64,000 nucleotides of DNA from Amoebidium appalachense (taxonomy: Eukaryota > Protista > Ichthyosporea). The notes beneath the pieces are model-generated. The model had not been told where the DNA came from. It did not search any database and worked only from the letters and a program-made list of their open reading frames with translations. Of this stretch, positions 40,485-53,084 are shown in pieces. The stretch covers positions 2,108,001-2,172,000 of the forward strand of contig CAVNZM010000015.1 of assembly GCA_963693365.1 (NCBI GenBank). The letters are read 5' to 3'. Within the stretch, counting starts at the first letter, position 1, and every line of letters starts with the position of its first letter. The translations under genes and the position numbers were made by a program.

Positions 40485-41503
40485 ATAGCATGCTGTACAC
40501 ACATCAATGATCATGACACCCGCTACAGACTGTACGGACAGCGCCAGGATCGAATCCCAAGGATTGGGATTGTGCTTGGGCAGATCGGCGCACACCACAC
40601 CAGGACGAATAGGTACACTGATGTGTGCTCAAACTTTAAGTGTTGAACCAGCATTTAACTTGAACAAAGCAATTTACTAATAGCCACCTCCTTCATTTAT
40701 TCATTAACAAGGTTGTCTGTTGTCTGTTTTTTAACAGAAAAGGTGAATAGGATATTTACATATCAGTGGGATTAGCCTTAAAATCGAGATATATGCCCTT
40801 AAGTTTTCCTGTTAGATTTTATGTTAAAAGGGCATGATCTTTTTGGTAAATGGTTCAGTATTGACATCCGATTGGCTTATCTGGACTGATCACTTTTGAA
40901 TTGGTTGAGTGGGTGAGTGGTGGGGGGGGGGGGGGCAGGGGGGGGGGGGGGGGGGGGGGGGAGGGGGGGGGGGGGGGGGGGGGGGGTCCCTCACAGTTTT
41001 TGGGCTATGTGTTGTATTATCAGGGATTAAAACCCACATGTCTCAAACTACAAAACTATAAGGTTTGGCAAACTTGAGTATCATGAGAGAGAAAGACCAA
41101 ATGTATATGTATGTATATGTATATGCTACCGTACCGAGATATATTTGATCTGTATGTTTTCTTTTCTTTGTTTTAAAAAGGGGAGGGGGGGAGGGGAGGG
41201 GGGGGGGGGGACACACAGTGTATAATAATGGGGTAAATGCATTTTTAGGTAACTTTTTTATGAAGTATGAATATCCAGGACATGTAGCTGTCCGTCTTTG
41301 CTCTTTGAGGCTCTTCTGAACATGCGCAAGTACTGCTATACATGGTTAGCTTGCTCATGCATTTGGGTGGTAGGTATAATTTAAACGTTATGGAAATGAT
41401 GTTTGCATGTGGTGCATGTTGACCCCTAAGGTAGGGTTGATAAAAATATAACATGTAGCCATTAGTGTTTGCCCCCCCCCCCCCCCCCGGGGGGGGGGGG
41501 GGG

Positions 41504-41618
41504 GGAGGGCTCAACCACACTAGCAGAATAATTCAGGCTCGGTGCAGGATATTTCTGCTTAGAGCAGTATAATTCTGCTTCAAAGCAGAATGATTCTGCT
41601 TGTGTGGTTGAGCCCTCC
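41504..41618. mobile_element. MITE-like foldback element (115 bp)
   Basis: Perfect 17-bp terminal inverted repeat GGAGGGCTCAACCACAC (41504-41520) / GTGTGGTTGAGCCCTCC (41602-41618), extended inward by AGCAGAAT / ATTCTGCT. No TSD recognisable. Confidence 0.6.
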
Positions 41619-42429
41619 AAAGTTACAGGGTTGTGATCCCCTACCTCAAATTTCCTGCCTCGCTGCCTATTATTATTAGCTACACACACAACTTTGCATG
41701 CCTGGAGCATAAACATTCAAATCCCCATTCCGCCTCTACATGCTTCTGGGAGGCCCCAGCCCATGATAATCTCAATGTATGGTTCTGCACGCACACACAT
41801 GCACATACACGTGCACACACACATGCATGCTTGCAATTTCATGCACCTACGCCCATGCTCACACACATATGCACACACCTGGACACACACAGGCCAACAT
41901 ACACATGCACACAGACCAACACACACTGGTAACCACAAGTCACACATCCACACTTACATTGCATGCATATAATAGGCAAGATTGAACACACACACTCCCA
42001 CTATGCACAGGTACCGTACTATGTATGCAAGCACCTGCCTATAGAAAAATCTCAACTCAGCACTTGTCAAGGGTGTGTTGGCTTGTCAACTGCATGACCA
42101 TAAATATAGCAAACTCACCAACACATACCCATATACATGTGCATGTGCACACACACGCGTTTAATCGTCAGCACTGGGATGCTTGCACGGGTGTATTGGT
42201 TGCCCAATATCATTCCTTTTATTTAAGGGGTGGTGTAGTTTGGTGCAAGTCAAACATGATAGGCAGCAACTGTGCAATTTCAACATGGTTGGCAACAAAC
42301 CCACGGCACCAGAAAGCCCTTAGCACACCCATCAATAAAGGTGGTGTGGCGTATCATGTTATGCCAGCCTGCCTCTTGCATTGGGTTTCAACATCTGTAG
42401 TGGCAGAATGGGTGCTTTTGCAATATGGT

Positions 42430-43085
42430 TAGCAACAACCCCACAGCATCAGCGCACCATCGGCACATCCTTGAAAAAGGGGTGGTGTGGTTTGCTGTGC
42501 ATTTCGCACATTTCGCAACAACACCACAGCATGAATGCACCACCAGCATGCCCTCGAAAAAGGTTTGCTGTGCATTTCACATGTTTGGCATCGACCCCAC
42601 TGCTTCAGCGCACCATCAGCACGTCCTTGAAAAAGGGGTGGTGTGGTTTGCTGTGCATTTCGCACATTTCGCAACAAGACCACAGCATGAATGCACCACC
42701 AGCATGCCCTTGAAAAAGGTTGCTGTGCATTTCGCATGTTTCGCAACAACCCCACAGCATCAGTGCACCATCAGCACGTCCTTGAAAAAGGGGTGGTGTG
42801 GTTTGCTGTGCGTTTCGCACGTTTTTCAACAACACTAAAGCATCAGCGCGCCATCAGCACGTCCTTGAAAAAGGGGTGGTGTGGTCTGCTGTGCATCTTG
42901 CACTTTCCGCAACAACACCATAGCATCAGTGCACCACCAACACGTCCGTGAAAAGGGGTGGTGTGGTTTGTTTGGTGTGCATTTACTAGTAGCACATTTT
43001 GCAACAACACCACAGCATCAGCGCACCATCAGCACAGTCCTTGAAAAAGGGGTGGTGTGATTTGCTGTGCATTTCCAACATGTTT
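42430..43085 (+). repeat. Hairpin-forming minisatellite, alternating ~83- and ~62-65-bp units, about 8-9 copies
   Basis: Unit core CACAGCA..GCACCATCAGCACGTCCTTGAAAAAGGGGTGGTGTGGTTTGCTGTGCATTTCGCA. More decayed copies lie upstream (~42230-42360). Confidence 0.9.
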
Positions 43086-45465
43086 CGCAGCAAGGGTTTG
43101 ACCCCACGCGCAACAGCGCACCATCCAGTCTCCTTTACGGGGAGGTGACCCAAGAGGTTCAACGTACGGAAAAGATAACTTTCAACGTACGGAAAAGATA
43201 ACTTCCTGCGCATGCTGCCGCGGGCACGGCTGCCAAGTTGCCCAGCAACCACGCGAGCGGCAGATCTAGATTGCGCAAGCGGCCTATATAGCGCTACGCT
43301 TTCAATTTTTTTTTTTCCTATGTACTGATCATGATAGCATTCGAAACCGATAACCAATGATTTTCTGAACAAAGCGTGGCATGCCCGTGCATTTGCCGCA
43401 TGTGATTGGAGGCATAAAAACAATGCTTCAAGTTGGGAAACGAACTTTTCAGTTCAGGCTGGCAGAGCTCTCGAGACAGAACGAGGCCTACAATAGGTTG
43501 TGACTATTCCGCCATACTAAGTTGTTGTGAGTTGATGTTTCGCAGTTTATTAAAAACAAGCCTTTACCGTTAGAATCTACCACGTGCACGTAAGTCAACC
43601 CAACTCCCCCAGGCCCGTCCTACCCCCTTCCCGCATAGTTGCACAGTTTTTTCCTCGTGCTTTACACCATCCGTGATTCATCCTCCCCCCCCCCCCCCCC
43701 CCCCCCTTTTTTTTTGTCTTTATGTTTCCGCTGACTTCCCTCCCTTCCTCCTTCTTGCCCTCCCCCCCACCACCCCCTCCGCCTCCCTCCCTCCGTCCCT
43801 CCCTCCCTCCCTCCCCCTCACATCACTTCCAGGCTCCCTTCTCCCTTCGCGCCCTTCTCCCCCTCCCCCCTACTCCCCTCGTCCTGCGTTTATTTATCCC
43901 TTCAACCCCTCCCCACCATATATACGACGAATGGTTCGAGATTCGAAACTTTCTTAAAGAGGTTGTCCCTAAGCATCACCGAGGCTGGCTCTGTGTAACT
44001 GCTCATTGACCTGCACACTTCTTGCTAATGTTTAGTTCTTTTTATTTTTTGCCTTCTCCCTCTGATGGCTTTAATGTCCTTCCCTTTTTCTTGCTTCCAT
44101 TCACCTCTGCTTTCCTTATGTCCAGCACGCACGCGCGCCCCGTCTCCTCCTACTCGTTATTCACTACATTTCTTCCCCACTCACCTGTGAGGCTCAATGT
44201 TCCCCCAGACCCCTCCACTCTTTCCTCTTTTCTCAACCGTCGCACATTTCCCCTTCCACCTTGCACCCTCTCTTTCTCACAGACTCTTTCTGCCGCGTCC
44301 CCCTCCTTTTCCCCGTTTCCATCTCTATTGTTACTCTTTCTTCGACCCTTCTGCACATCACCCACACAACAGCCTGGGCACGTTAACATCACCCACACAT
44401 CAGCCTCGGGACTTTTAGTTCCGATAATTACTCTAGCCTCTAGCCATTGGGTGCAAGCACACTTGTTACAGACCGCAGCACATTTGGGACCATGAAAACA
44501 CCCCACCTGACCCCAGCATTCGAAACGGTGTTTGCGTCCCCAATCCTTCCCTGTTCTTCCCTTTACGCCTACACAACATATCGTTTGCCTTTCCTTTCCC
44601 CCTTACCCTGGTCTCTCCTTCTACAATTTCTAACCCTCACAGCTTCTCCGCCCTTTATGACCACATGGATACCCCTTCTCTTCGCCCCCTCCTTTTCTCC
44701 CAATGTTGTGCCCCTTCCCCCCCTCCCCCTCCCCCCCTGTCCCCCCCTCCCCCCAACCCTCTTCTTCTTTCTGTTTCACACTTCTTTGCCTATCCCCCCC
44801 CCCCCCTTCCTATTATGGCAAAAACAATATGCACAGCCCCGCCTACCTCTTAAAGGTATCATCAAAGATCCCCAGTTCTTCCTCCTGGAGTTGCCCTGTT
44901 TTGATAACCAGTGTACAACCCTAGTGCGGGACTTTTGTGGTCTTCCATTTGGTTTAGCTGTAGACTAACTCTAATTCTGTAGCATTCCTCCTCTATCTGA
45001 CCCTCGTCGCAAAGCGATCTCCTTGTCAAGTCTGACCCACGTTGCCCATTCAGCATTCGTTCGAAAGTCACCTGCTCATCTACGCCGAGGCTATCCACAA
45101 TCTCGAGTGTGTGTTTGATTCATTCATGTGAGTTCTATGTTCTGTGTGCAGACCAGCTGTGTGGCATATACCATATTTGTGTGCGTGTACGATATATTGG
45201 TGTGTAGTTGTGTTCTTGTATGTGCATGGGAGTCACTTGAGTATCACTGCCCTGTCCTTAACAAGCCCACACATAGGATGCATACACCGTCAAGGACACT
45301 AACAACTCAAACACACACGTTCTCTGCCATCTATCCTCCACCTTCTCCCCCAAAACCACCCAACCCCCCCCGAGTGTCATGCATACCTGCCCTGTCTCGT
45401 CCCTCCGTCTCCCCCCTCCCCCCCCAGCGTGATACTTGCCTTGCGTACTTCTTGTCGGATTGTCG

Positions 45466-45537
<72 letters not shown>

Positions 45538-45929
45538 CGCGCGCGCGTATACCTACACACGCACACACATGCAAGCACACACATACACGAAGGGCACACT
45601 CTTATAGATACATACATACACACACACACATGCACACATGCACACACACAAAGGGCACGCACATAAATATACATATATATACATACACATAGGGATACAC
45701 ACACACACGCACAAGCGCGCGCACCTACACACACACACACACACACACATGCGCACACACACACACACACACATAAAAAAGGTTCATTGGTTCTGTGTTA
45801 CAGCCTTCTTGTTCTGTTTCTTTTGTCAGTTTTTGTTTCTGGGCTCTTTTTGCTCGGTTCGTTTCCTGTTTCTTGCTCGGTTCTTGTTTTTCGGTCTCTT
45901 GGTTCTTGGTTCTCGGTTCTTGGTTCTTG

Positions 45930-45965
<36 letters not shown>

Positions 45966-46063
45966 GGGGCCTCCCAGTGTTCTCTCCCTTTCTCTCTCTC
46001 CCCCCTCTCTCTTTCTCTCTCTCACTCTCCCCCCCCCCCCTCTCTCTCTCTCTCACTCACTCA

Positions 46064-46142
<79 letters not shown>

Positions 46143-46590
46143 CCCCCCCCCCCCCCCCCCCCCTCTTCATACTGTGCGCATGGCTGATGTTGCATACTTG
46201 AATGTTTGCCTTTGCATGTGTCCTGCACCATGCTTCTCATCGTGTATGCGTACTTTGTACTGTGTTCCGCATTCAAACCCCCCCTCCCTCTCTCTCACTC
46301 TCCCTCCCTCTTTTTTCTCTCTCTCTTAATCTCTTTCTCCCCTCCCGTCCGTACATGTGTTTGTGTGTGGATATTACAGGGATGTTGTTGTTGTTTAAGT
46401 TCTTTCTACGAAAAGAACAACAAATCTAAGGACAAATTTCTTGCTGTTCTTGTTTCTTATTGCTGCTGCTGTTTTTGTTTCTCGGATCTTGTTTCTTGGT
46501 CATTGGTTCTTGTTTCTTGGTTCTTGTTTCCTGTTGCTCTTCCGCCCTTTCTCTCTCTCGCTTTCTCTCTCCCTCTCTCCCTCTCTCTCT

Positions 46591-46659
<69 letters not shown>

Positions 46660-46780
46660 TTTTTGTTTTTTTTTCCCCAGACACACACACACATCTACAC
46701 ACACACACACACACACACACACCCGCGCGCGCACACACACACAAACACAAACACACATACAAACACAAACACACACGCGT

Positions 46781-46862
<82 letters not shown>

Positions 46863-46864
46863 AT

Positions 46865-46948
46865 AGATTGCCGATACAGAAAAAATGCATCCAATGAAGG
46901 CAGTAGCACATACACACGTCAACCCGCGTGACTTTGCACGTGCACCCG

Positions 46949-46979
<31 letters not shown>

Positions 46980-47076
46980 ACACACACATACACACAGATT
47001 GCCGATACAGAAAAAATTCATCCATGACATCATAAGCACATACACACGTCAACCCGCGTGCCTTTGCACGTGCGCC

Positions 47077-47133
<57 letters not shown>

Positions 47134-47223
47134 ACAGATTGCCGATACAGAAAAATTCATCCATGACATCATAAGCACATACACACGTCAACCCGCGTGC
47201 CTTTGCACGTGCGCCCGCACACA

Positions 47224-47265
<42 letters not shown>

Positions 47266-47424
47266 TTGCCGATACAGAAAAAAATTCACCCATGACATCA
47301 TAAGCACATGCACACATCAACCGGTGTGCCTTTGCACGTGCGCCCAGACGCACACACACACACACACACAGACACACACACAAAGACACGCACATGCACA
47401 AACACACGCGCACACACACTCACA

Positions 47425-47462
<38 letters not shown>

Positions 47463-47534
47463 TTGCCGGTACAGAAAAAAAAATGCATCCATGACGGCAG
47501 TAGCACATACATCAACTTGTGCGGCTTCGCAGGT

Positions 47535-47535
<1 letters not shown>
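46865..47535 (+). repeat. Five ~80-bp conserved units separated by variable (CA)n linkers
   Basis: AGATTGCCGATACAGAAAAA..CATCCATGAC...AGCACATACACACGTCAACCCGCGTGCCTTTGCACGTGCGCCCGCA starts at about 46865, 46996, 47136, 47263 and 47460. Confidence 0.9.
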
Positions 47536-47579
<44 letters not shown>

Positions 47580-47921
47580 TGACACATATACACACATACA
47601 CACACACTGCGTTTGTAGGGTATGTAGCAGCATTTGATGGTTTTGTGGGTGTGTTTTTAGGAGGGAAGGGGAACGAGACGGTGTGTAGGGAAGGACGAGT
47701 AACCCCCTGGGCAGAGGTGTGTGTGTGTGGGGGGGGGGAGGGGGGGGGGGGGGGGGGTAAGAATATCTCTTTTTTTAAGCCAGGGGGGGGGGGGGGGTCT
47801 TCGGGTTATGGTAGGGGTATTTGTAGGTTATGTAGGCTTCCTTGATTTTTTTTTTGTTTCATACGTGCTTTTTGCAGGAGGGGATGGGAAGTGCAGGAGG
47901 GGGAAGGATGAGTAACTACCC

Positions 47922-47964
<43 letters not shown>

Positions 47965-48309
47965 GGGGGGTATTCAGCTTTTTATCTTTATTTTTATGTA
48001 TTTGTTTATTTTCAAATTGTTTTATTCCTTCTTTTTAATGGTGGGGGGGTGGGGGAAGTTGCAGGTTACCTAATTGCATTTGTAGGTTATGTAGGTGCAT
48101 TTGCAGGTTATGTAGGTGTGTTTGTAAGGTATATCAGGGGTACATTTGACGGTTTTGCAGGTGTGTTTGCAGGTTATGTAGGTGTGTTTGTAAGGTATAT
48201 CAGGGGTACATTTGACGGTTTTGCAGGTGTGTTTGCAGGTTATGTAGGTGTGTTTGTAAGGTATATCAGGGGTACATTTGACGGTTTTGCAGGTGTGTTT
48301 GCAGGTTAT

Positions 48310-51300
48310 TGTAAACAGTTGGACTAGTTAGGATAAGGCAGAGTACAACTGAATCAAAATAAAGACAGAGAACGGGTAGAAAGGCACACGCGGCCAGGTT
48401 GCTTTTACTATGGGCCGACTCAGTCTGTCTCAGACTTCACTGATGTGATCCCCGTACTGGGACGGCTTTCTTATATAGCCCCCAGGTTTCGGATCAAGGC
48501 CCAGGATTGGTTCATCCGCGGCCAGCGCGGGTGGCAACATGCCATTCGTGATTCTGGTGCGGTCCGAGCCAGTCAGACCTTTGTCCTATTTATGCAAACC
48601 TCTTATTGGTTCACTTCGTTTATGTGGTATGCAGCTGAAGAACCATATATGGTTCAATTCTTAGGTCAGAGTGAGTCCTATTGGTGCGGACATAATATTT
48701 ATGTGATATTCATGACAAAGCACGAATCGTGTGCTAGTAGATCACATTCTTTAGTAAACATGTACAGTTCATGTGTACAGTTGTTTACACTCCCCCCCTT
48801 GTCGGGAGCCTGGTGGTGTCGTTAGACAAGCAAACCACCAGGCTGAGAGGCGATAAACAACCTTCAGCGAGAATTCTTGTGTGTGCCGAGCTGCTGGACA
48901 GAACAGAGCAAGGACGGTGGAATAGAGTTGTGCACGTCTATGAGCACTTCTTCATTTGCCAAAACGTAAATTCATGCAGCATTCTTCTGTGATTTCATTT
49001 TCGTGGCGAAGATTGTTGCAGAGTGTGCGTGCGAATAATTCGCTAAGCCTTCGTCTCTGTGCTTGGCTTTTCTGTAGAAGTAGTATTTTCCTTTTTGGGA
49101 ATTTTTCCTTTTTAGGATACTCCCGCAGATTCGTTTTCAATTGCGAGTAATTTGGTTGTGTGGATGAATGATCATACCAAACATTCGATAATGAATATAA
49201 CTCGAGCCTTAGGTCACTTCGTAGCTCAGGTAGTGGTGGATAGCTTCAAGGCTTAGCCGCTGCTCCTTATCCCGGTTCTACCTTAAGACTGTAAGGCGAG
49301 TCACCATGGCCGGAAAAGCCACTTCTTTCATGAACAAAGAGCACTTCTTTCCTTTCAGCTTTAACCCTGCATCATCGGAGCTGGGAAAAACAGAATAAAA
49401 ATGCCCAAGTGTTCTTCGTTGGGCGACATAAAGAAATATATCACCCGTCAGAACCAGTAAAAGCCCGGTTCATAATTCATAAGAAGAGGGTAGGCAAAGC
49501 AAGCCTCCTTCAGAAAACACATGCTTCCATTCGTGAGCAGTTTTCGTATCCCATTTGCCAGCCATTTTCGTTGAGCAGGGGGATTCCAGGCATAATACAT
49601 TCTTCTGGAGGCTTGGCCTAAAAAGAAAAGTCGTCGGAGTCGCCCTTTCTTTTGTAAGCAACTTCGTGAGCGCGCTTCGTGTTTTCATATCCTCCAGTGC
49701 AGGTCTGGATGGTGCCCCATCCTCTGCTTCATTTGTAGGTGGCCCTACTGTAGGTTCTGTTCGTTGTGTGGAATACCAAAACCATTCGTATTCGTGGAAC
49801 TGCTTTGTGCTGTGCTTGCTTTCGTGTTGGTGTTCATGTAGTTACCCCATTCACACACCTACTACTTTCATACATCAGACGTAAGTAGCTGCCTGGTGAG
49901 TGTGTGGTTCGTGTTCGTGGCATTCTTCTGTTCCTTCGTGAGAAGAATATTCGTTTTAGCAGAGGTGCCCAATAAGGCAGCTTGTGGGGTTGTCTCCCGC
50001 ATGTGCCCATTGGTGGGGTATGCACGTGCTAAATTGTTACAGTGTCATCATATTGCAAGGGAATAACATGGTCACCTCCGTACCAGGGCCTAGTAGGTAC
50101 ACATGATGGTCCGATGTGTTAGTCAACAACACCTTGCATTCGTATTCGTATTTGTCTTCCACGTCACTTTCTTCAGTAGTGAAGGAGGGTATTCGTAATT
50201 CGAAACTGAAAGGCTTCCAGCCAAAATACTGACACTGTATGATGGGGTTGTGAGGGAGCGGTGCCCATACCACATTCTTTTGTTCTGGTGGGGGTGTGCC
50301 GGCAGCTAGTGCAAGGCTTGACAGTGTAATTGGTATGTTACACCGTATTGCCACAGACGGGCATTCACCTTAAAATTCGTACCCAACACCTTTTTTGTTT
50401 TTCACATGCATGAACAAAAGTTCTGCATCGACTTTATTACATGCCTTTTGTGCACCAAGAGTGCAAATTCGTTAGGGCGTGGCACCAGGAAGGGCCGCCA
50501 TACATGAGTCAGGCATATGTTCGTAATGTGTTTAGGCATGCCAGCATACATTCATGCGCATGTTGTGCATCCTGGGCGCTAAACTATGGGGCATGCTGTA
50601 TTCGAGAACAGCAAGGGATTCGAAGCATGCATGCAACACTACTTTCATAAGATCTTAGGTCCTACATGCTATAGCAACAGCGACTATCTTCTTCGTTAAG
50701 TGCATTTGTGCTGAAAGTGGCCGTGCATCTGGCTTGCGAGTGTGGACGTGCATGCGGTGGCATGGACACGATGGCAGTGTGCAATAGGGCAATGCACGCA
50801 AGGGCAACGGTTTTATTTTCTTCCTAACATAGAGGGGGCTGTGTGCATTGCAACCCAAGCAGTGTTGTGCATTCGTCCTTTCATTTTCGTATTTCCAGTT
50901 CATTTTGCTTTCGTTTTTCGTTTTTTGTCGTTTGATAACTTCGTTACTTCGTTTTGTTTTCGTGTTGCATTCATTTCGTATTTCCTCTATGCAATCGTTT
51001 GTCGTTAATTCTTTATTTCATTGCGTATTCGTGATGGTTCGTTTTTCGTTGGTTCATTGCTTCGTTAGCAATTCTTTATTCGTTTGTTCGTGTATTCGTT
51101 GTTTCGTTGTGTATTCGTTTTTCTTCACATTTTTGATGTGTCGTAGCAAAAGAAGTTTTACATGCTTTCAATTCTTTCCGTGTAGGTGGGCTGGCCACTT
51201 CAAACTTGTAGGTGTATATATTCTAAGCCGGACAAGGAAAGATGTGCCTATCATCGGGGTAAAAAGGATTGTGATCGGCCATGGGAGATTCTTGAGCTGA

Positions 51301-51861
51301 TTGAAAGATGTGAGATTCTTGAACTGATTGAAAGATGTGAGATTCGAAGGATGCGAGATTCTTGAACTGCGCGGTCGCCAATGTAAACAGTTGGACTAGT
51401 TAGGATAAGGCAGAGTACAACTGAATCAAAATAAAGACAGAGAACGGGTAGAAAGGCACACGCGGCCAGGTTGCTTTTACTATGGGCCGACTCAGTCTGT
51501 CTCAGACTTCACTGATGTGATCCCCGTACTGGGACGGCTTTCTTATATAGCCCCCAGGTTTCGGATCAAGGCCCAGGATTGGTTCATCCGCGGCCAGCGC
51601 GGGTGGCAACATGCCATTCGTGATTCTGGTGCGGTCCGAGCCAGTCAGACCTTTGTCCTATTTATGCAAACCTCTTATTGGTTCACTTCGTTTATGTGGT
51701 ATGCAGCTGAAGAACCATATATGGTTCAATTCTTAGGTCAGAGTGAGTCCTATTGGTGCGGACATAATATTTATGTGATATTCATGACAAAGCACGAATC
51801 GTGTGCTAGTAGATCACATTCTTTAGTAAACATGTACAGTTCATGTGTACAGTTGTTTACA
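48310..51861 (-). mobile_element. Young non-autonomous LTR retrotransposon (3552 bp)
   Basis: Direct repeats 48310-48789 and 51382-51861 (480 bp each, TGTAAACA...TGTTTACA, no difference seen by eye). 5-bp TSD GTTAT (48305-48309 and 51862-51866). Minus-strand PBS TGGCGACCGCG (51380-51370) and PPT AAGGGGGGGAG (48800-48790). No gag/pol ORF in the 2592-bp interior. Confidence 0.95.
51382..51861 (-). promoter_or_regulatory. 5' LTR with three CCAAT boxes, TATA box and AGTAAA polyadenylation-like signal
   Basis: Minus strand: CCAAT at ~51752, ~51678 and ~51579, TATATAAG at ~51542-51549, AGTAAA at ~51476-51481. The order fits U3-R-U5 and agrees with the PBS/PPT orientation. Confidence 0.65.
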
Positions 51862-52263
51862 GTTATGTAGGTGTGTTTGTAAGGTATATCAGGGGTACAT
51901 TTGACGGTTTTGCAGGTGTGTTTGCAGGTTATGTAGGTGTGTTTGTAAGGTATATCAGGGGTACATTTGACGGTTTTGCAGGTGTGTTTGCAGGTTATGT
52001 AGGTGTGTTTGTAAGGTATATCAGGGGTACATTTGACGGTTTTGCAGGTGTGTTTGCAGGTTATGTAGGTGTGTTTGTAAGGTATATCAGGGGTACATTT
52101 GACGGTTTTGCAGGTGTGTTTGCAGGTTATGTAGGTGTGTTTGTAAGGTATATCAGGGGTACATTTGACGGTTTTGCAGGTGTGTTTGCAGGAGGGGTGG
52201 GTAACGGGACGGTGTTTTGGGAGGGATGAGAAACTCCAGGGGCAGAGGGGTTTTTTTTTTTTT

Positions 52264-52324
<61 letters not shown>

Positions 52325-52398
52325 GATTATCCTTAAAAGTGTTTACTTTTTTTTTGCACAAGGGGTTAGGCTTCGGGTTATGCAGGGGTGTAGGGGGG

Positions 52399-52433
<35 letters not shown>

Positions 52434-52574
52434 TGATGTAAAAGACACTAGTTTTTTAATGTTATTTTTTATTATTAATTATATTATATTAGGGAGGGGG
52501 GGGGGGGGGGGCGGGCAGGGGTCGAGGGAGGGAGGGAGGGGGGGGACAACGGAGGACGCACACACACTCACACA

Positions 52575-52608
<34 letters not shown>

Positions 52609-52833
52609 TGACTGGTTCTGGTGTTAGATCTTGTTCTGTTTCTTTCGTCAGTTTTTGTTTCTCGGCTCTTTTTGCTCGGTTCGTTTCCTGTTTTTCGGTT
52701 CTAATTTTTCGGTCCCTGTTCTTTGTTCTCGGTTCTTGGTTCTTGTTCCTTCCCCCCGACGCATTCAAACCCCCCCCCCCCCCCCTGCCTCCCAGTATCT
52801 TTCCCTCCCTCGATGTATATAGTATATATCCAC

Positions 52834-52908
<75 letters not shown>

Positions 52909-52988
52909 TTCTATCTCTCTGTCTTTCACTCTGTCTCTCACTCTCTCTATCTCTCTCTTATTCACTTCCCCCCCCCTTCCCTCCCTCA

Positions 52989-53084
<96 letters not shown>

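Larger units (their letters stand above)
48103..52190 (+). repeat. 66-bp perfect minisatellite split by the LTR insertion (3 copies at 48103-48309, 5 copies at 51862-52190)
   Basis: GGTTATGTAGGTGTGTTTGTAAGGTATATCAGGGGTACATTTGACGGTTTTGCAGGTGTGTTTGCA, which appears as a 22-aa repeat in the ORF track. Confidence 0.95.

Noticed and set aside
43210-43270. Helitron-like 3' end (GC hairpin then CTAG)
   Set aside because: Spacing is atypical, CTAG is not followed by T, and no matching 5' TC end or RepHel remnant was found.
42430-47535. CRISPR-like look of the 42.4-kb and 46.9-kb arrays
   Set aside because: No unique constant-length spacers, units too long, no cas genes, eukaryotic context.
47842-52448. 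ORFs with 22-aa repeats and the twin 117/126-aa ORFs (48445, 51517)
   Set aside because: They are by-products of the 66-bp minisatellite and of the antisense strand of the two LTRs.
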